The position numbers were made by a program, and so were the translations under genes. Positions 9,355-19,900 of a DNA stretch of 62,943 nucleotides are shown piece after piece; the first letter of the stretch is position 1; each line of letters starts with the position of its first letter. This stretch comes from Pseudomonadota bacterium (GTDB taxonomy: Bacteria > Bdellovibrionota > Bdellovibrionia > Bdellovibrionales > SG-bin7): NCBI GenBank assembly GCA_034439715.1, contig JAWXAY010000035.1, forward strand, positions 1 through 62,943, read 5' to 3'. A model generated the notes under the pieces. That model worked only from the letters and a program-made list of their open reading frames with translations, had not been told where the DNA came from and made no database searches.

Positions 9355-10308
9355 TTACTTATCCTCAATCCACAAAATGTATCGATCCTGATTTTCTGGC
9401 ATCACCCTACCGTGAGGATCTTTCACAGTTTGAACATCCCCATAGGTCTTTAACACCTCCAGTAATTCTAGGCCCTTTTCCTTTTCAATTACAAAGTGGT
9501 AATAGTTCCCATTTAGTTTTCGCCAGCCAATTTCAACCTCGCCTGCCTTAATTGCTCCCATAGCAATAATTTTCTCAGCTATCTCGGGACCCAGAAGATC
9601 CAGATTCGCCAAACTCATAACTAATTTGTAAACGTAGCCCTTCGGAATAATATCGGGGGGCGGGACCGGTTTAACTTTTGGAACTTCGACCTTTGGTGTT
9701 GGGACTTCCGCAACCGCGGCAACCTCGGCCACCGGGGTTACTTTGGCCACTGCGGCTACCGCGGGGACCTCAACAAGTTGCTCTGGCACAATCTCTGCCG
9801 ACATTTTTTCATTAAAATCCGCTATTTCTTTTTTATCGGTCAATTCGACGTTGAACTCTTCCTTTTTTATTTTCTGCTGGATAAGTACGGTTTCATTTTT
9901 AACAGGAATCATGCTTTGTATGTTCGACCAAAATAAAACTAAAGTAATTGTTGCTACAAGGCTTGAGACGACTAGGGCTTCGATACCCCACCTTAATGGA
10001 ATCGGCCAGCGTTTAGGGCTAAACTTTTGCTTTAAAATGTCGAATATGGTCAGCGGCGCCAAGGCCTTTTGCATAAAGGCCTCGCCTAACTTAGTTTGCG
10101 AGAGATCCGAACAATATTTAATGGCAACCTCTAATGAATGTTTTTGTTTTCTTAAGTCATCATGTTTTTCTAAGGCAGCAGCTACTGCCTCTTTTCGCAT
10201 TGGATCTAAACGTCCTAATAAAAAATCGAAAAGCATCTCTTGGCATATAAATTTGCTATATTGGCGATTCCTGGCTATCTCTGAGAAAGAGCCTTCGCTA
10301 TTATGCAT
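9355..10308 (-). CDS. Membrane protein with degenerate anti-sigma (zf-HC2-like) N-terminus
   Basis: CQEMLFDFLLGRLD..RKEAV..AL pattern, one TM helix, Pro/Ala/Val linker. ATG 10308 overlaps the upstream stop. Confidence 0.6.
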   Translation of the reverse strand: MHNSEGSFSEIARNRQYSKFICQEMLFDFLLGRLDPMRKEAVAAALEKHDDLRKQKHSLEVAIKYCSDLSQTKLGEAFMQKALAPLTIFDILKQKFSPKRWPIPLRWGIEALVVSSLVATITLVLFWSNIQSMIPVKNETVLIQQKIKKEEFNVELTDKKEIADFNEKMSAEIVPEQLVEVPAVAAVAKVTPVAEVAAVAEVPTPKVEVPKVKPVPPPDIIPKGYVYKLVMSLANLDLLGPEIAEKIIAMGAIKAGEVEIGWRKLNGNYYHFVIEKEKGLELLEVLKTYGDVQTVKDPHGRVMPENQDRYILWIEDK

Positions 10309-10729
10309 GAGCCAGCTCCGTCTCCACAAAGCCACCCAATTTTTCTAAAGTTTGGCCAACTCGTGTGCGTAATGTTCCTGCCGTTACTCCCATGGCGGAA
10401 GCTACCGCGACTTCGTTCTCTTTGATAATTTGAATCCAAATTAGTGGAAATAGGCTTTGTGGGTCAGCGTCTCTTAAAAATTGTCGCCAAGAAGATAAGT
10501 TAATATTTGGAAGTACCACTGAATTTTTTTGAATAATTCCGGTTGCCGATAATCTAAATTTAGGGTTTTCGCGATAATCTAAAAAAATCTTGTAAACAGT
10601 TTTGAGCCGTGCTGACGAATTCTTACGAGATTTTTTTAAAACCGCGCGCGTAGCAATTAATGCCACTTTTTCGTCAAGGAAGGCTAACAAGAAAAAAAGA
10701 GCAATGGATTTTACTTCTTGCTCGGCCAT
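10301..10729 (-). CDS. Short protein with ECF sigma region-4-like HTH
   Basis: C-terminal VAVASAMGVTAGTLRTRVGQTLEKL resembles EIA..LG...GTV.SR..RA...L. Confidence 0.55.
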   Translation of the reverse strand: MAEQEVKSIALFFLLAFLDEKVALIATRAVLKKSRKNSSARLKTVYKIFLDYRENPKFRLSATGIIQKNSVVLPNINLSSWRQFLRDADPQSLFPLIWIQIIKENEVAVASAMGVTAGTLRTRVGQTLEKLGGFVETELAHA

Positions 10730-10734
10730 TGAAT

Positions 10735-11781
<1,047 letters not shown>

Positions 11782-11859
11782 TTACCTACTTTTTTCTTAT
11801 TTATTTATAATTGGTGGTATTCAAACGATAGTCAATTTAAGAGTTCAGCGGCAACGAAG

Positions 11860-12672
11860 TTACCAGGTAAAGTGTCTTACCTTGTCGCGATTGACCTCAA
11901 GACCTTGCATTGACTCAACGCCAATCTCAAAGTGCATTTCCGTATATTTTTGAAATACCTTTTTAGCAGACTTGCTTGATTTAATTTCTTTTAACGGCAG
12001 ATCACTTACGAGCAATAATGCGCCGCATGGAACCTTACATGTAAATGCTGTTATAAAAAGAGATGCTGTCTCCATCTCGATAGCACCAACTTTTTCTTGC
12101 TTTAGCATTTCTATAAAATTCTTGTCAAACTCCCAAAGTCTATAGTCCGTTGTGTGCACGACTCCTGCAAAATATTTGAGTTTTTTTTCTACAATCACCT
12201 GGCTTAGATATTTCTGAATGGTAAAGGTAGGAAGTGCCGGAACCTGAATGGGTAAGTAATGTGCAGAAGTTCCCTCATCTCTGATTGCTGCCATGGGCAA
12301 GAACAAGTCTCCAATCTTTAAATCGCGATGCAGTCCGCCACACATTCCCAGCATCACCACGCTCGTAGGATCAATCGAGGATATCATTTCTATGACAAGC
12401 GCTGACATGGGAGCACCTATATTAAAACAAATCATCGAAATGTCGGGGTTTTCAGCAGTAGCAACACTAAGAGCACTACCCGAATAAATCTTAGCATTGT
12501 AGCGTTTCGAAAATTTTTCGATGTAAAACTCAAAATTGGTTAAGATAATGTATTTTGAAATCCTATCTGGATCACATCCCGAATATCGGGCCAACATATC
12601 CTTGGCGATAGCCTTCTTTTTTGGATTGTTCCATGTCCGCGCCGGCTCAATGGGTAGATTTCTGTGGGCCAT
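11860..12672 (-). CDS. amn: AMP nucleosidase (short PNP_UDP_1 type)
   Basis: MLARYSG, YIILTNF, GMCGGL, AIRDEGTS.HY, EMETASLF, LLLVSDLP. Confidence 0.85.
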   Translation of the reverse strand: MAHRNLPIEPARTWNNPKKKAIAKDMLARYSGCDPDRISKYIILTNFEFYIEKFSKRYNAKIYSGSALSVATAENPDISMICFNIGAPMSALVIEMISSIDPTSVVMLGMCGGLHRDLKIGDLFLPMAAIRDEGTSAHYLPIQVPALPTFTIQKYLSQVIVEKKLKYFAGVVHTTDYRLWEFDKNFIEMLKQEKVGAIEMETASLFITAFTCKVPCGALLLVSDLPLKEIKSSKSAKKVFQKYTEMHFEIGVESMQGLEVNRDKVRHFTW

Positions 12673-12736
12673 TTATTCCTTCTTATTTATTTAACCTTAC
12701 AGTATAAAGAAATTTGGGACAAGGGGTGGCCAGACC

Positions 12737-13195
12737 ATGAGTACAAGCTTTGATAACCTCAAGGTTTTTTTTGAAACAAAAGGCTTTTGTCGAGAAGCCC
12801 TTTCTTTACTAAAGAAGGGCGTAGAAATTGGCCTGGTGTTAGGGGACGGTAAGGCCTGTGCGCTGACCTGTACCTCGGGCAGGGTCACACTTGAATCTCG
12901 ACCCGCCAACAACCCAGACGTCGTCTTTACACTCACGTCGGGGGCCGTACAAAATATTTGCCAAAGTCCAGCAGAAGACGTTGGCGATTTCTCAGTTTTG
13001 GTATTGAAACAAATTAAAGACGGGCAGGTCTCGCTCAAAATCACAGGTGGTTTTTTTAGCATCGCCACCAATGGCTACTTATCGATTATCAAATTGGGTG
13101 GCAAAAAAATGTGGGATTTTTTAGCGTCGTACGGTTTATCAAATATTTTTAAAGTTACCGGATTGATAAAAGATTTACTTAAGAAAAAAACTTAA
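12737..13195 (+). CDS. SCP2 sterol/lipid-binding-like protein
   Basis: PDVVFTL...IKDGQVSLKITG pattern of SCP2-like domains. Confidence 0.55.
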   Translation: MSTSFDNLKVFFETKGFCREALSLLKKGVEIGLVLGDGKACALTCTSGRVTLESRPANNPDVVFTLTSGAVQNICQSPAEDVGDFSVLVLKQIKDGQVSLKITGGFFSIATNGYLSIIKLGGKKMWDFLASYGLSNIFKVTGLIKDLLKKKT

Positions 13196-14811
13196 GCGTT
13201 TTGCCAGCCAAGTTCAAAAGTTACGTGGGCTGAAAGTTCTTGGACCTGCTGTTTCAGCAGATCGTCACTCAAGCCAAGCTCGCAGGCAAATACCTTTTCA
13301 ATTTTTGGCAAGTGCTCGAATCCATGTTTTTCGTAAGCTAAAAACAGGGGGGATCTCCTCAAGTAAAAGTCTCTTAGCGACAAACACATGGTGTTTTCAA
13401 TGGCGTGTTGGGATTCTAATTCCCAAATGGTCTTAGCTTCTGAACCCAACAAACTAAGCGCTTCGCCACCATGTCGCTCTACCAGTTGTCTGACGTCAGA
13501 CTCAGAGCGAAGCGTTTCTTTTGCCAAATAACTAATGGAGTCGCGCAAAGCACTTAAAATAGCAGGAGTGATTTTTGGATTGATCGGAACTTTCGTGTTA
13601 TTGATAGCAAACGAGCACTTTTTTTCAAACGGGAAGAACTCCAGCACTTCTTTTACTATTTGTTCTGAAGTCTTACGATAGGTAGTGTATTTACCACCGG
13701 CAACAAAGGTTATATTTCTGGGATCATGTTTGATGATATGTTCTCGACTGGTTTTGCCCTCAGAATTAGAACCATCATACACCAGTGGTCGAACTCCGGC
13801 ATAACTTGCGATAATATCTTTTTTTTCAATTTTGGCGCCTGGAAAATAGTCGGCTAAAAGCTTTAGTAGATAATCAACATCACTTTTTTCTGTGTGAACT
13901 GTCTCGGGGTTCGCTCTAAAATCAGTATCTGTCGTTCCGACGATGACCATTTCTTCTCGTGGAATAACAAAAACAATTCTATTGAGAATGTCATCAGACA
14001 TAATTACTGCGTCCCGAATAGGTAGGCGTTTTCGAGAAAGTGTCAAATGAATACCCTTGGTCGGACGAAGTAAGTTTTGCCAATCGCTAAACATTTCGTG
14101 ACCCAATATATCTGTCCATGGGCCTACTGTGCTTATAACATGACGGGCTCGCACAGAAATTTCTTTGCCACTAAGAACATCTTTTACAAGTACTGCCTTT
14201 ATTTTTCCTTCGGTAATTTCGACGCCGACAGCTTTTACGTAGTTGGCACAAATGGCCCCCAGGGCATGGGCTGATCTCAGTGTTTCAATCACAAGACGAT
14301 CGTCATCCATAGTGGCATCGTAAAAAGCAAAGCTGCCGCACAACTGATTAGGATTTAGAATCGGAACTTCTCGCATGGTCTGCTTTTCATTGTATCTCGA
14401 GTGAATTTCGGGCGCCTCGAACTGCGACAAAAAATCATAAAGCCACATGCCGAGACCTAGCTTAAACATACCGACACGACTTTGTTCGTATAGGGGCAAG
14501 AAAAATTTAAGTGGATGCACTAAATGGGGAGCTATGTCGAAAAGTATTTTTCTTTCAGACAGCGCCTCAAAAACCAACCCAAACTCCAAATTTTCGAGAT
14601 ACCGAAAACCACCATGAATTAGTTTGCTAGAGCGAGAACTCGTGCCGGAGGCAAAATCATTGGCTTCAATCAACGCCACCTTCATTCCGCGACTACTGGC
14701 ATCGCGGGCAACTCCCGCGCCAGAGATTCCGCCACCAATAATAACAAGATCAAAATAATCCTCAGAAAACTGGTCTATGTTTTTTTTTCGAGTTTCGGCG
14801 TTAAAGGCCAT
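13192..14811 (-). CDS. glpD: FAD-dependent glycerol-3-phosphate dehydrogenase
   Basis: IIGGGISG, GTSSRSSKLIHGG.RYL, GTTD, AGVRPL, GGKYTTYR. Confidence 0.95.
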   Translation of the reverse strand: MAFNAETRKKNIDQFSEDYFDLVIIGGGISGAGVARDASSRGMKVALIEANDFASGTSSRSSKLIHGGFRYLENLEFGLVFEALSERKILFDIAPHLVHPLKFFLPLYEQSRVGMFKLGLGMWLYDFLSQFEAPEIHSRYNEKQTMREVPILNPNQLCGSFAFYDATMDDDRLVIETLRSAHALGAICANYVKAVGVEITEGKIKAVLVKDVLSGKEISVRARHVISTVGPWTDILGHEMFSDWQNLLRPTKGIHLTLSRKRLPIRDAVIMSDDILNRIVFVIPREEMVIVGTTDTDFRANPETVHTEKSDVDYLLKLLADYFPGAKIEKKDIIASYAGVRPLVYDGSNSEGKTSREHIIKHDPRNITFVAGGKYTTYRKTSEQIVKEVLEFFPFEKKCSFAINNTKVPINPKITPAILSALRDSISYLAKETLRSESDVRQLVERHGGEALSLLGSEAKTIWELESQHAIENTMCLSLRDFYLRRSPLFLAYEKHGFEHLPKIEKVFACELGLSDDLLKQQVQELSAHVTFELGWQNA

Positions 14812-14813
14812 TT

Positions 14814-15755
14814 TTATATAAGATTCCCGGGCTTGATTTCACTGGGTGCTTTGGTTGAAACTGCCAAACTCATCAGGTCGTTAAAGTACTTGAGACGCTC
14901 GTTGAGTTCGGCTTCTGTTTGACAATCAATTCCACAAGTGGTCGAAAATAAAATTTGGTTATTAGAAATTGGTAGAAATTTTTCGAAAAAATCTTTGACT
15001 AGGCCTTCGTTTATTGGCTCCAGCGGCATACGATTCGCCGCTATTAATCCCGCGGCCAGCCAAGAGCCCCGCGTAAAATACTTTTGCCAAGCTTCAGCCC
15101 AAACGATTGGTTCTCTTTCAAAATGATCGATAACCTCAGCGACATCAAAATGCACTACCTGCCATGGGAGAGCTAACCAGTGGGGAACCAACCCGCCGCA
15201 AGTATGCAGAGCCACACCAAAGGGTTTATACATATCAATTGCATGAAAAAATTCTTTCCAAAGTTCTTGGCACTCCGGCACTAAAAAAGCCGCGGGCTCA
15301 TCCAGAGCAATAACTACACTTAGTGCGACTTCTGAAAGTATCTGAATTTGCGCCACATAGGCTTCTGAAATAAATTTAATAATTTGTTCATCGTTGCCCA
15401 TGGCTAATTTATGCTTTAGCAATGCCCACTTGAGAGTAGCGGGGCCAATCATTTGTCCCTTGATTACCTGCACTGGTCGATTTTTATACTGTTCTTTAAT
15501 CAATTTAATGCCTGGCCGCTCATTCAGTTCTTCGTGAAAAAAAACTTTGGATCGTGTTGGATCAAGCCATCTTTGATAAAGCGGCACCCAAAAGCCCAAA
15601 AGGGTCTCACTGTCATCTTGACCATAAAGCTCGGGCCAACTGGGAATATCAAAGTTTTCCAGGATGATTTTACCAATGGGAGAGGGATCTATAAGCGTAA
15701 ATCCGCCAGCGCTCCATGTGTCCCCAAATTGATAGAACTGTTGACGCTTAGCCAC
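14814..15755 (-). CDS. Single-domain MetE/UROD-fold Zn protein (core methionine synthase-like)
   Basis: IP.WPEL, KGQMIGPATL, LDEP, LHTCG, HFD and STTCG motifs. Confidence 0.7.
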   Translation of the reverse strand: MAKRQQFYQFGDTWSAGGFTLIDPSPIGKIILENFDIPSWPELYGQDDSETLLGFWVPLYQRWLDPTRSKVFFHEELNERPGIKLIKEQYKNRPVQVIKGQMIGPATLKWALLKHKLAMGNDEQIIKFISEAYVAQIQILSEVALSVVIALDEPAAFLVPECQELWKEFFHAIDMYKPFGVALHTCGGLVPHWLALPWQVVHFDVAEVIDHFEREPIVWAEAWQKYFTRGSWLAAGLIAANRMPLEPINEGLVKDFFEKFLPISNNQILFSTTCGIDCQTEAELNERLKYFNDLMSLAVSTKAPSEIKPGNLI

Positions 15756-17073
15756 CTTTTTTACCTACTATAGATTCAAGCTCGTTTATTTCTTTTGGTG
15801 CTTCCAAGGTTAATACTTCAATTCCAATGTCTGTAACAAAAATATCGTCTTCGATCCTTACGCCGATTCCTCTAAACTCAGAGGGAACACTCGTATCTCC
15901 AAGAGAAATATAAAGACCAGGCTCAACCGTAAACAACATCCCTTTTTCAATTTTTCGGGATTCATTATCGACCGTGTAATAGCCTACATCATGAACATCC
16001 ATGCCTAAAAAGTGCGACACACCATGCGGATAATATTTTTGATAGGACTTTTGTTCAATAATTTCATTGGGCTTTCCTTTGAGAAATCCCAGGTCAAGCA
16101 GGGCCTGAACCGAAAGCTCTATCGTTTTATCTTGCAAGGATTTAAAAGGGATTCCAGGTCTAATCATAGCTAATATCTGCTTTTGGATCTTGAGAACGGT
16201 CTCATAAATTATTGATTGCGGCCGCGTGAATTTACCACTCACAGGATAGACGCGGGTAATATCGCCCGCATAATATTTGTACTCTGCGCCGGCATCTACC
16301 AATAAAAGGTCGCCACTTTTACATTCTTGGTCATTAAAAACATAGTGAAGGGTTGTTGCGTTCGCACCCGAAGCAACGATTGCTGGATAAGCTTCGCGCG
16401 CAGCTCCTTGCTGCATCATAGAGTTCAATATTACTCCCCACAACTGCCTTTCGCTAACTCCAGGTTTAACAAACTTCATGGCTTCGATGTGGGCCTGCGC
16501 TGATATAGAACAAGCCTTTTTTATATACGGCAATTCGTCCTCGGTTTTAAAGAGCCTCAAATCGCTTAGTACTTCGTGCGGATCAAAAATGGGCGGGTAA
16601 CCACGGCCCGAACGCCCCTTTTTTAATCGCGCCTTTTCTAGCATCGCAAAAAAACGTTCATCAAACTCATGATTCGAATTAAGCCGATAATAAACTTTGT
16701 CGATATTTTCCAATAGGTCTGTTGTTACTTTTTCGAACTCGCTAATAGGATAACATTTATCGAAACCGAACTCTCTTTGCGCAAGATCAGGCCCAAAACG
16801 AAAGCCGTCCCAGGTTTCACGTTCTAAGTTTTTTTCTCTCACAAATAATACGGTCTCAGGATTACATCCCGGGCGAAAAACCAAAACCGACTCTGGCTCC
16901 TCAAAGCCCGTTAAATAAAAAAGGTAGCTGTCTGGTCGATAATAGTGATGAACATCGCTATTACGAATAAATTCAGGATGAGACGCAATTATAATGGCGC
17001 ACCCTTTAGCCTTTTCGCCAAGCTTGGACCTTCTTTGTTTAAAAGTTTTTATGTCTATTAGCGGCTTTCTCAT
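15748..17073 (-). CDS. pepP: Xaa-Pro aminopeptidase P
   Basis: YLTGF.EP, LHY, VDAG, DITR, HGVSHFLGMDVHD, TVEPG, VRIEDD. Confidence 0.95.
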   Translation of the reverse strand: MRKPLIDIKTFKQRRSKLGEKAKGCAIIIASHPEFIRNSDVHHYYRPDSYLFYLTGFEEPESVLVFRPGCNPETVLFVREKNLERETWDGFRFGPDLAQREFGFDKCYPISEFEKVTTDLLENIDKVYYRLNSNHEFDERFFAMLEKARLKKGRSGRGYPPIFDPHEVLSDLRLFKTEDELPYIKKACSISAQAHIEAMKFVKPGVSERQLWGVILNSMMQQGAAREAYPAIVASGANATTLHYVFNDQECKSGDLLLVDAGAEYKYYAGDITRVYPVSGKFTRPQSIIYETVLKIQKQILAMIRPGIPFKSLQDKTIELSVQALLDLGFLKGKPNEIIEQKSYQKYYPHGVSHFLGMDVHDVGYYTVDNESRKIEKGMLFTVEPGLYISLGDTSVPSEFRGIGVRIEDDIFVTDIGIEVLTLEAPKEINELESIVGKKGG

Positions 17074-17082
17074 GACATTCCT

Positions 17083-18054
17083 TTAAAATCCATACTTATT
17101 GGACAATATATTTAGATGGTATCTACCGTCATTGCCACCCGTCTGCACAAATGCTCGACGCATTTCAAAATTGTTCAAGTAGAAATTCTTAGTGTCAACC
17201 GTGATTGTATAATCGACGCTCGACTCGGCTTCACGCAGCTGCTTCTTTATTTCTAACCACAAATTAGCTAGTGCTGGCTGTTGTTGATAGTCAGCATCGC
17301 TAACCATTTTACCTGAAGCGATAACATTTACTAGAACCACAACATCTATATTCTGTTCTCGTAAAAACTCGGCCGCTTTTTTTATGTGACTTACAGAGGC
17401 CACCGTGTTTCCGGTAATTTTAAATAGTGGCGGATAGGGCAAGCAAGTCTTAATACTTTGCAAAGCGTTGCCGTTGTCGTTTACTCCTATTTTTTCTTCT
17501 TTAGTTGAAAAACTTAAACAAGAAAATGGAACCTTAAAGCTTTCGTGGTTTCTTTGACCTAGCTCCCTTTTAACAAATTCCATGACCTGAGAAACCGATG
17601 CCGCTCTATCTTTGGCATTGAAAAAACTTTTTTCAAATAACTCATCTTCTTTAAGTTTAAATAACTTCCACTCCGCCTCATTGGCGCTTCCGTTTAAAGC
17701 ATAAAAAGCCGCAGGTAAAGTAGCCATTTCAAGTCCCACAATAGCGTCAATGGGAATTTTTGCTTTTTCAAACTCTTTGAGAACGCCTAAGTGGGCGAAC
17801 GTTTTTAATCCTCCGGGTCCTAAAATCAATCCCACCTTTGGTGTTTTCGGTTTTTTAGGTGCCAGTACTGGCGCTGGCAGCTCTTCTGCGGAAGTTGAGC
17901 TAGGAGCTTCGTCTTGGTCGGGCACTTGGGATTCAGCCTGTGTTACTTCAGTTTTTTCTTTCTTTTTTGAAGTTTTCTTACTTGGCGTAGTAACGCAGGA
18001 AGCAGCCGCCAAAAACAAAATCAAAGCCAAAAAAATTTTAATTCTTTTTCGCAT
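17083..18054 (-). CDS. Patatin-like lipoprotein lacking catalytic residues
   Basis: Start MRKRIK at 18054; lipobox AASC; LILGPGG...AHLGVL. GLEMA replaces GxSxG. Confidence 0.75.
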   Translation of the reverse strand: MRKRIKIFLALILFLAAASCVTTPSKKTSKKKEKTEVTQAESQVPDQDEAPSSTSAEELPAPVLAPKKPKTPKVGLILGPGGLKTFAHLGVLKEFEKAKIPIDAIVGLEMATLPAAFYALNGSANEAEWKLFKLKEDELFEKSFFNAKDRAASVSQVMEFVKRELGQRNHESFKVPFSCLSFSTKEEKIGVNDNGNALQSIKTCLPYPPLFKITGNTVASVSHIKKAAEFLREQNIDVVVLVNVIASGKMVSDADYQQQPALANLWLEIKKQLREAESSVDYTITVDTKNFYLNNFEMRRAFVQTGGNDGRYHLNILSNKYGF

Positions 18055-18799
18055 AAATAAAAAACTCTTGGTTTCCGGCGCCGCCCTTAACTGGACATTC
18101 AAAATAACCCTGAACGCCAAATTGAAGGCCTTCAAACAGTTCATATATTTTTAATTTTACCCTCTCAAAATCAAGGTGGCCGCCCTCTTGTTCTAACTCA
18201 TACTGGGGCTTCACAAGAGCCAAAAGATAAGCCTGACCTTTCAGAAATTTTACCACTTCAGGTACAACCTTAGTCAAAGAAATGAACGATACATCAAGCA
18301 CAATTAAATCAAATGGTGCTAAATAGTCGTGCGTGCCCAATTCTCGAGCGTTAATGCCCTCATGAACCTCTACATTTGGATGTTTTAAAATCGACGGGGC
18401 GGTCTGACCATGCCCAACATCAATTCCAACCACTTTCGCTGCTCCCGCCTGAAGCAAACAGTCAGTAAATCCTCCCGTTGAGATTCCTATATCCATAACA
18501 CGAAGTCCGGAGGGATTTATTTCAAAGAAATCTAAAGCCGCGCGCATTTTTAGCCCACCTCGAGAAACATAGCGGTCAACGTTGCCCTCGATAATATGAA
18601 GTTTTGGAAACGCCGATTTAATTTTTGCAATATTAAAAATCTGCATTGATGGTTTTTCAACAAGCTCGTGACCTGTAGACTCCGCTCTTTGAATAAATAC
18701 TTGTCCGGCTTCAATCATTCGCTGAGCCAACGTTCTGGACTTTACTAGCCCTAATTCAACAAGCGCCTGATCCAAGCGAATTTTCTCGCTATTTTCCAT
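18038..18799 (-). CDS. tlyA: TlyA-family rRNA methyltransferase
   Basis: S4 domain RLD..LV..GL, YVSRGGLK, DIGISTGGFTD, DVSFISL, LVKPQYE. Confidence 0.93.
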   Translation of the reverse strand: MENSEKIRLDQALVELGLVKSRTLAQRMIEAGQVFIQRAESTGHELVEKPSMQIFNIAKIKSAFPKLHIIEGNVDRYVSRGGLKMRAALDFFEINPSGLRVMDIGISTGGFTDCLLQAGAAKVVGIDVGHGQTAPSILKHPNVEVHEGINARELGTHDYLAPFDLIVLDVSFISLTKVVPEVVKFLKGQAYLLALVKPQYELEQEGGHLDFERVKLKIYELFEGLQFGVQGYFECPVKGGAGNQEFFIYAKKN

Positions 18800-19666
18800 C
18801 TATTTATTGCGATCGCGGTTATAGACCGCAAGCTCTCTCAAAGGTTCCGCCTTTATATCCCAGTTTTTTATAAAATTCTGCGAATTGTCCGTTAGAGTAT
18901 TGAGATAGTCTTTTGTCTCTTCAATTCCTATTAAGCTGGTAAAGCTTCCTGATTCTGGCTTTTGAGGATTAAAGTCTAAAATGTCATCTTTAACTTGAAA
19001 GGCGAGCCCCAGAGTTAAAGCATATTCATGAATATCTTTTTGCTGCTTTTGGTTAGCACCACATAAAATCGCCGCACCCAGTGCAGCTACTTTGATAAGT
19101 TCTCCCGTTTTCAAATTATGAAGTCTTATGAGTTCTTGATGGGAAAGGCCTTCTCGTTTGGCGTACATGTCTATTGACTGACCCCCGACCATTCCGCAAG
19201 CTCCGGCAGATTGACTGAGCTCAGCTGCAGCTTTGGCAGCCAATTCTCCCTGGCTAGAATAACTTTGAGTTACCAAAAAAAATGCCTCAGTTAATAGAGC
19301 GTCACCTGCCAATAGGGCCGTGGCCTCGCCATAGACCTTGTGGTTAGTGGGCTTTCCGCGCCTCATGTCGTCGTTGTCCATACATGGTAGATCATCGTGG
19401 ATCAGGGAATAGGTGTGGATAAATTCAACGGCACCAGCGAAGGGCAAAATAAATTTCGCATCAACCCCCAGAGCCTCTGCAGTCATAATCGACAAAACGG
19501 GGCGAAAGCGTTTTCCACCACTATTTGCTGAGTAGGCCATGGCCTCTTTTAGCTTTTTTAATCCTGGAGCGTCTTTTAAAAGGCGTTTTTCAAGATAATT
19601 TTCAATAAAGCTATCGGCCATCTTTGCGCGGTGACCAAAAAGCTTTTCAGTTAGATCAGGCGTCAT
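18800..19666 (-). CDS. ispA: Farnesyl diphosphate synthase
   Basis: GGKRFRP, SLIHDDLPCMDNDD.RRG, FQVKDDILD. Confidence 0.95.
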   Translation of the reverse strand: MTPDLTEKLFGHRAKMADSFIENYLEKRLLKDAPGLKKLKEAMAYSANSGGKRFRPVLSIMTAEALGVDAKFILPFAGAVEFIHTYSLIHDDLPCMDNDDMRRGKPTNHKVYGEATALLAGDALLTEAFFLVTQSYSSQGELAAKAAAELSQSAGACGMVGGQSIDMYAKREGLSHQELIRLHNLKTGELIKVAALGAAILCGANQKQQKDIHEYALTLGLAFQVKDDILDFNPQKPESGSFTSLIGIEETKDYLNTLTDNSQNFIKNWDIKAEPLRELAVYNRDRNK

Positions 19667-19884
19667 TTCGGAACTTCAAAGTCCTGCGTTTGAGCATTGC
19701 CCTGAGCATCTACATTGAGCAAAAGTTTTACTTTTTGCTCAGCCTCATTGAGCTGAGAGTGGCAATCTCGAGATAACTTTACGCCTTCCTCAAAAAGCTT
19801 GAGTGACTCTTCTAGTGGTAGACTGCCTTTTTCCATTGAACTCACAATGTCTTCTAAACGCGAAAGTTTTTTTTCAAAATTCAT
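19663..19884 (-). CDS. xseB: Exodeoxyribonuclease VII small subunit
   Basis: FE..L.RLE.IV..ME.G.LPLEESLKLFEEG. Confidence 0.95.
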   Translation of the reverse strand: MNFEKKLSRLEDIVSSMEKGSLPLEESLKLFEEGVKLSRDCHSQLNEAEQKVKLLLNVDAQGNAQTQDFEVPK

Positions 19885-19900
19885 AATTCACCCTTTTTAT

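Noticed and set aside
9640..9780. Repetitive AVAAVAKV/AEVAAVAEV coding stretch
   Set aside because: Low-complexity linker, not a DNA repeat array.
9743..10348. 201-aa plus-strand ORF and similar antisense ORFs throughout the track
   Set aside because: They fully overlap better-supported genes on the opposite strand and have non-protein-like composition.
18054..18144. N-terminal extension of the patatin ORF overlapping tlyA
   Set aside because: The ATG at 18054 gives a proper lipoprotein signal; the extension is an ORF-caller artefact.
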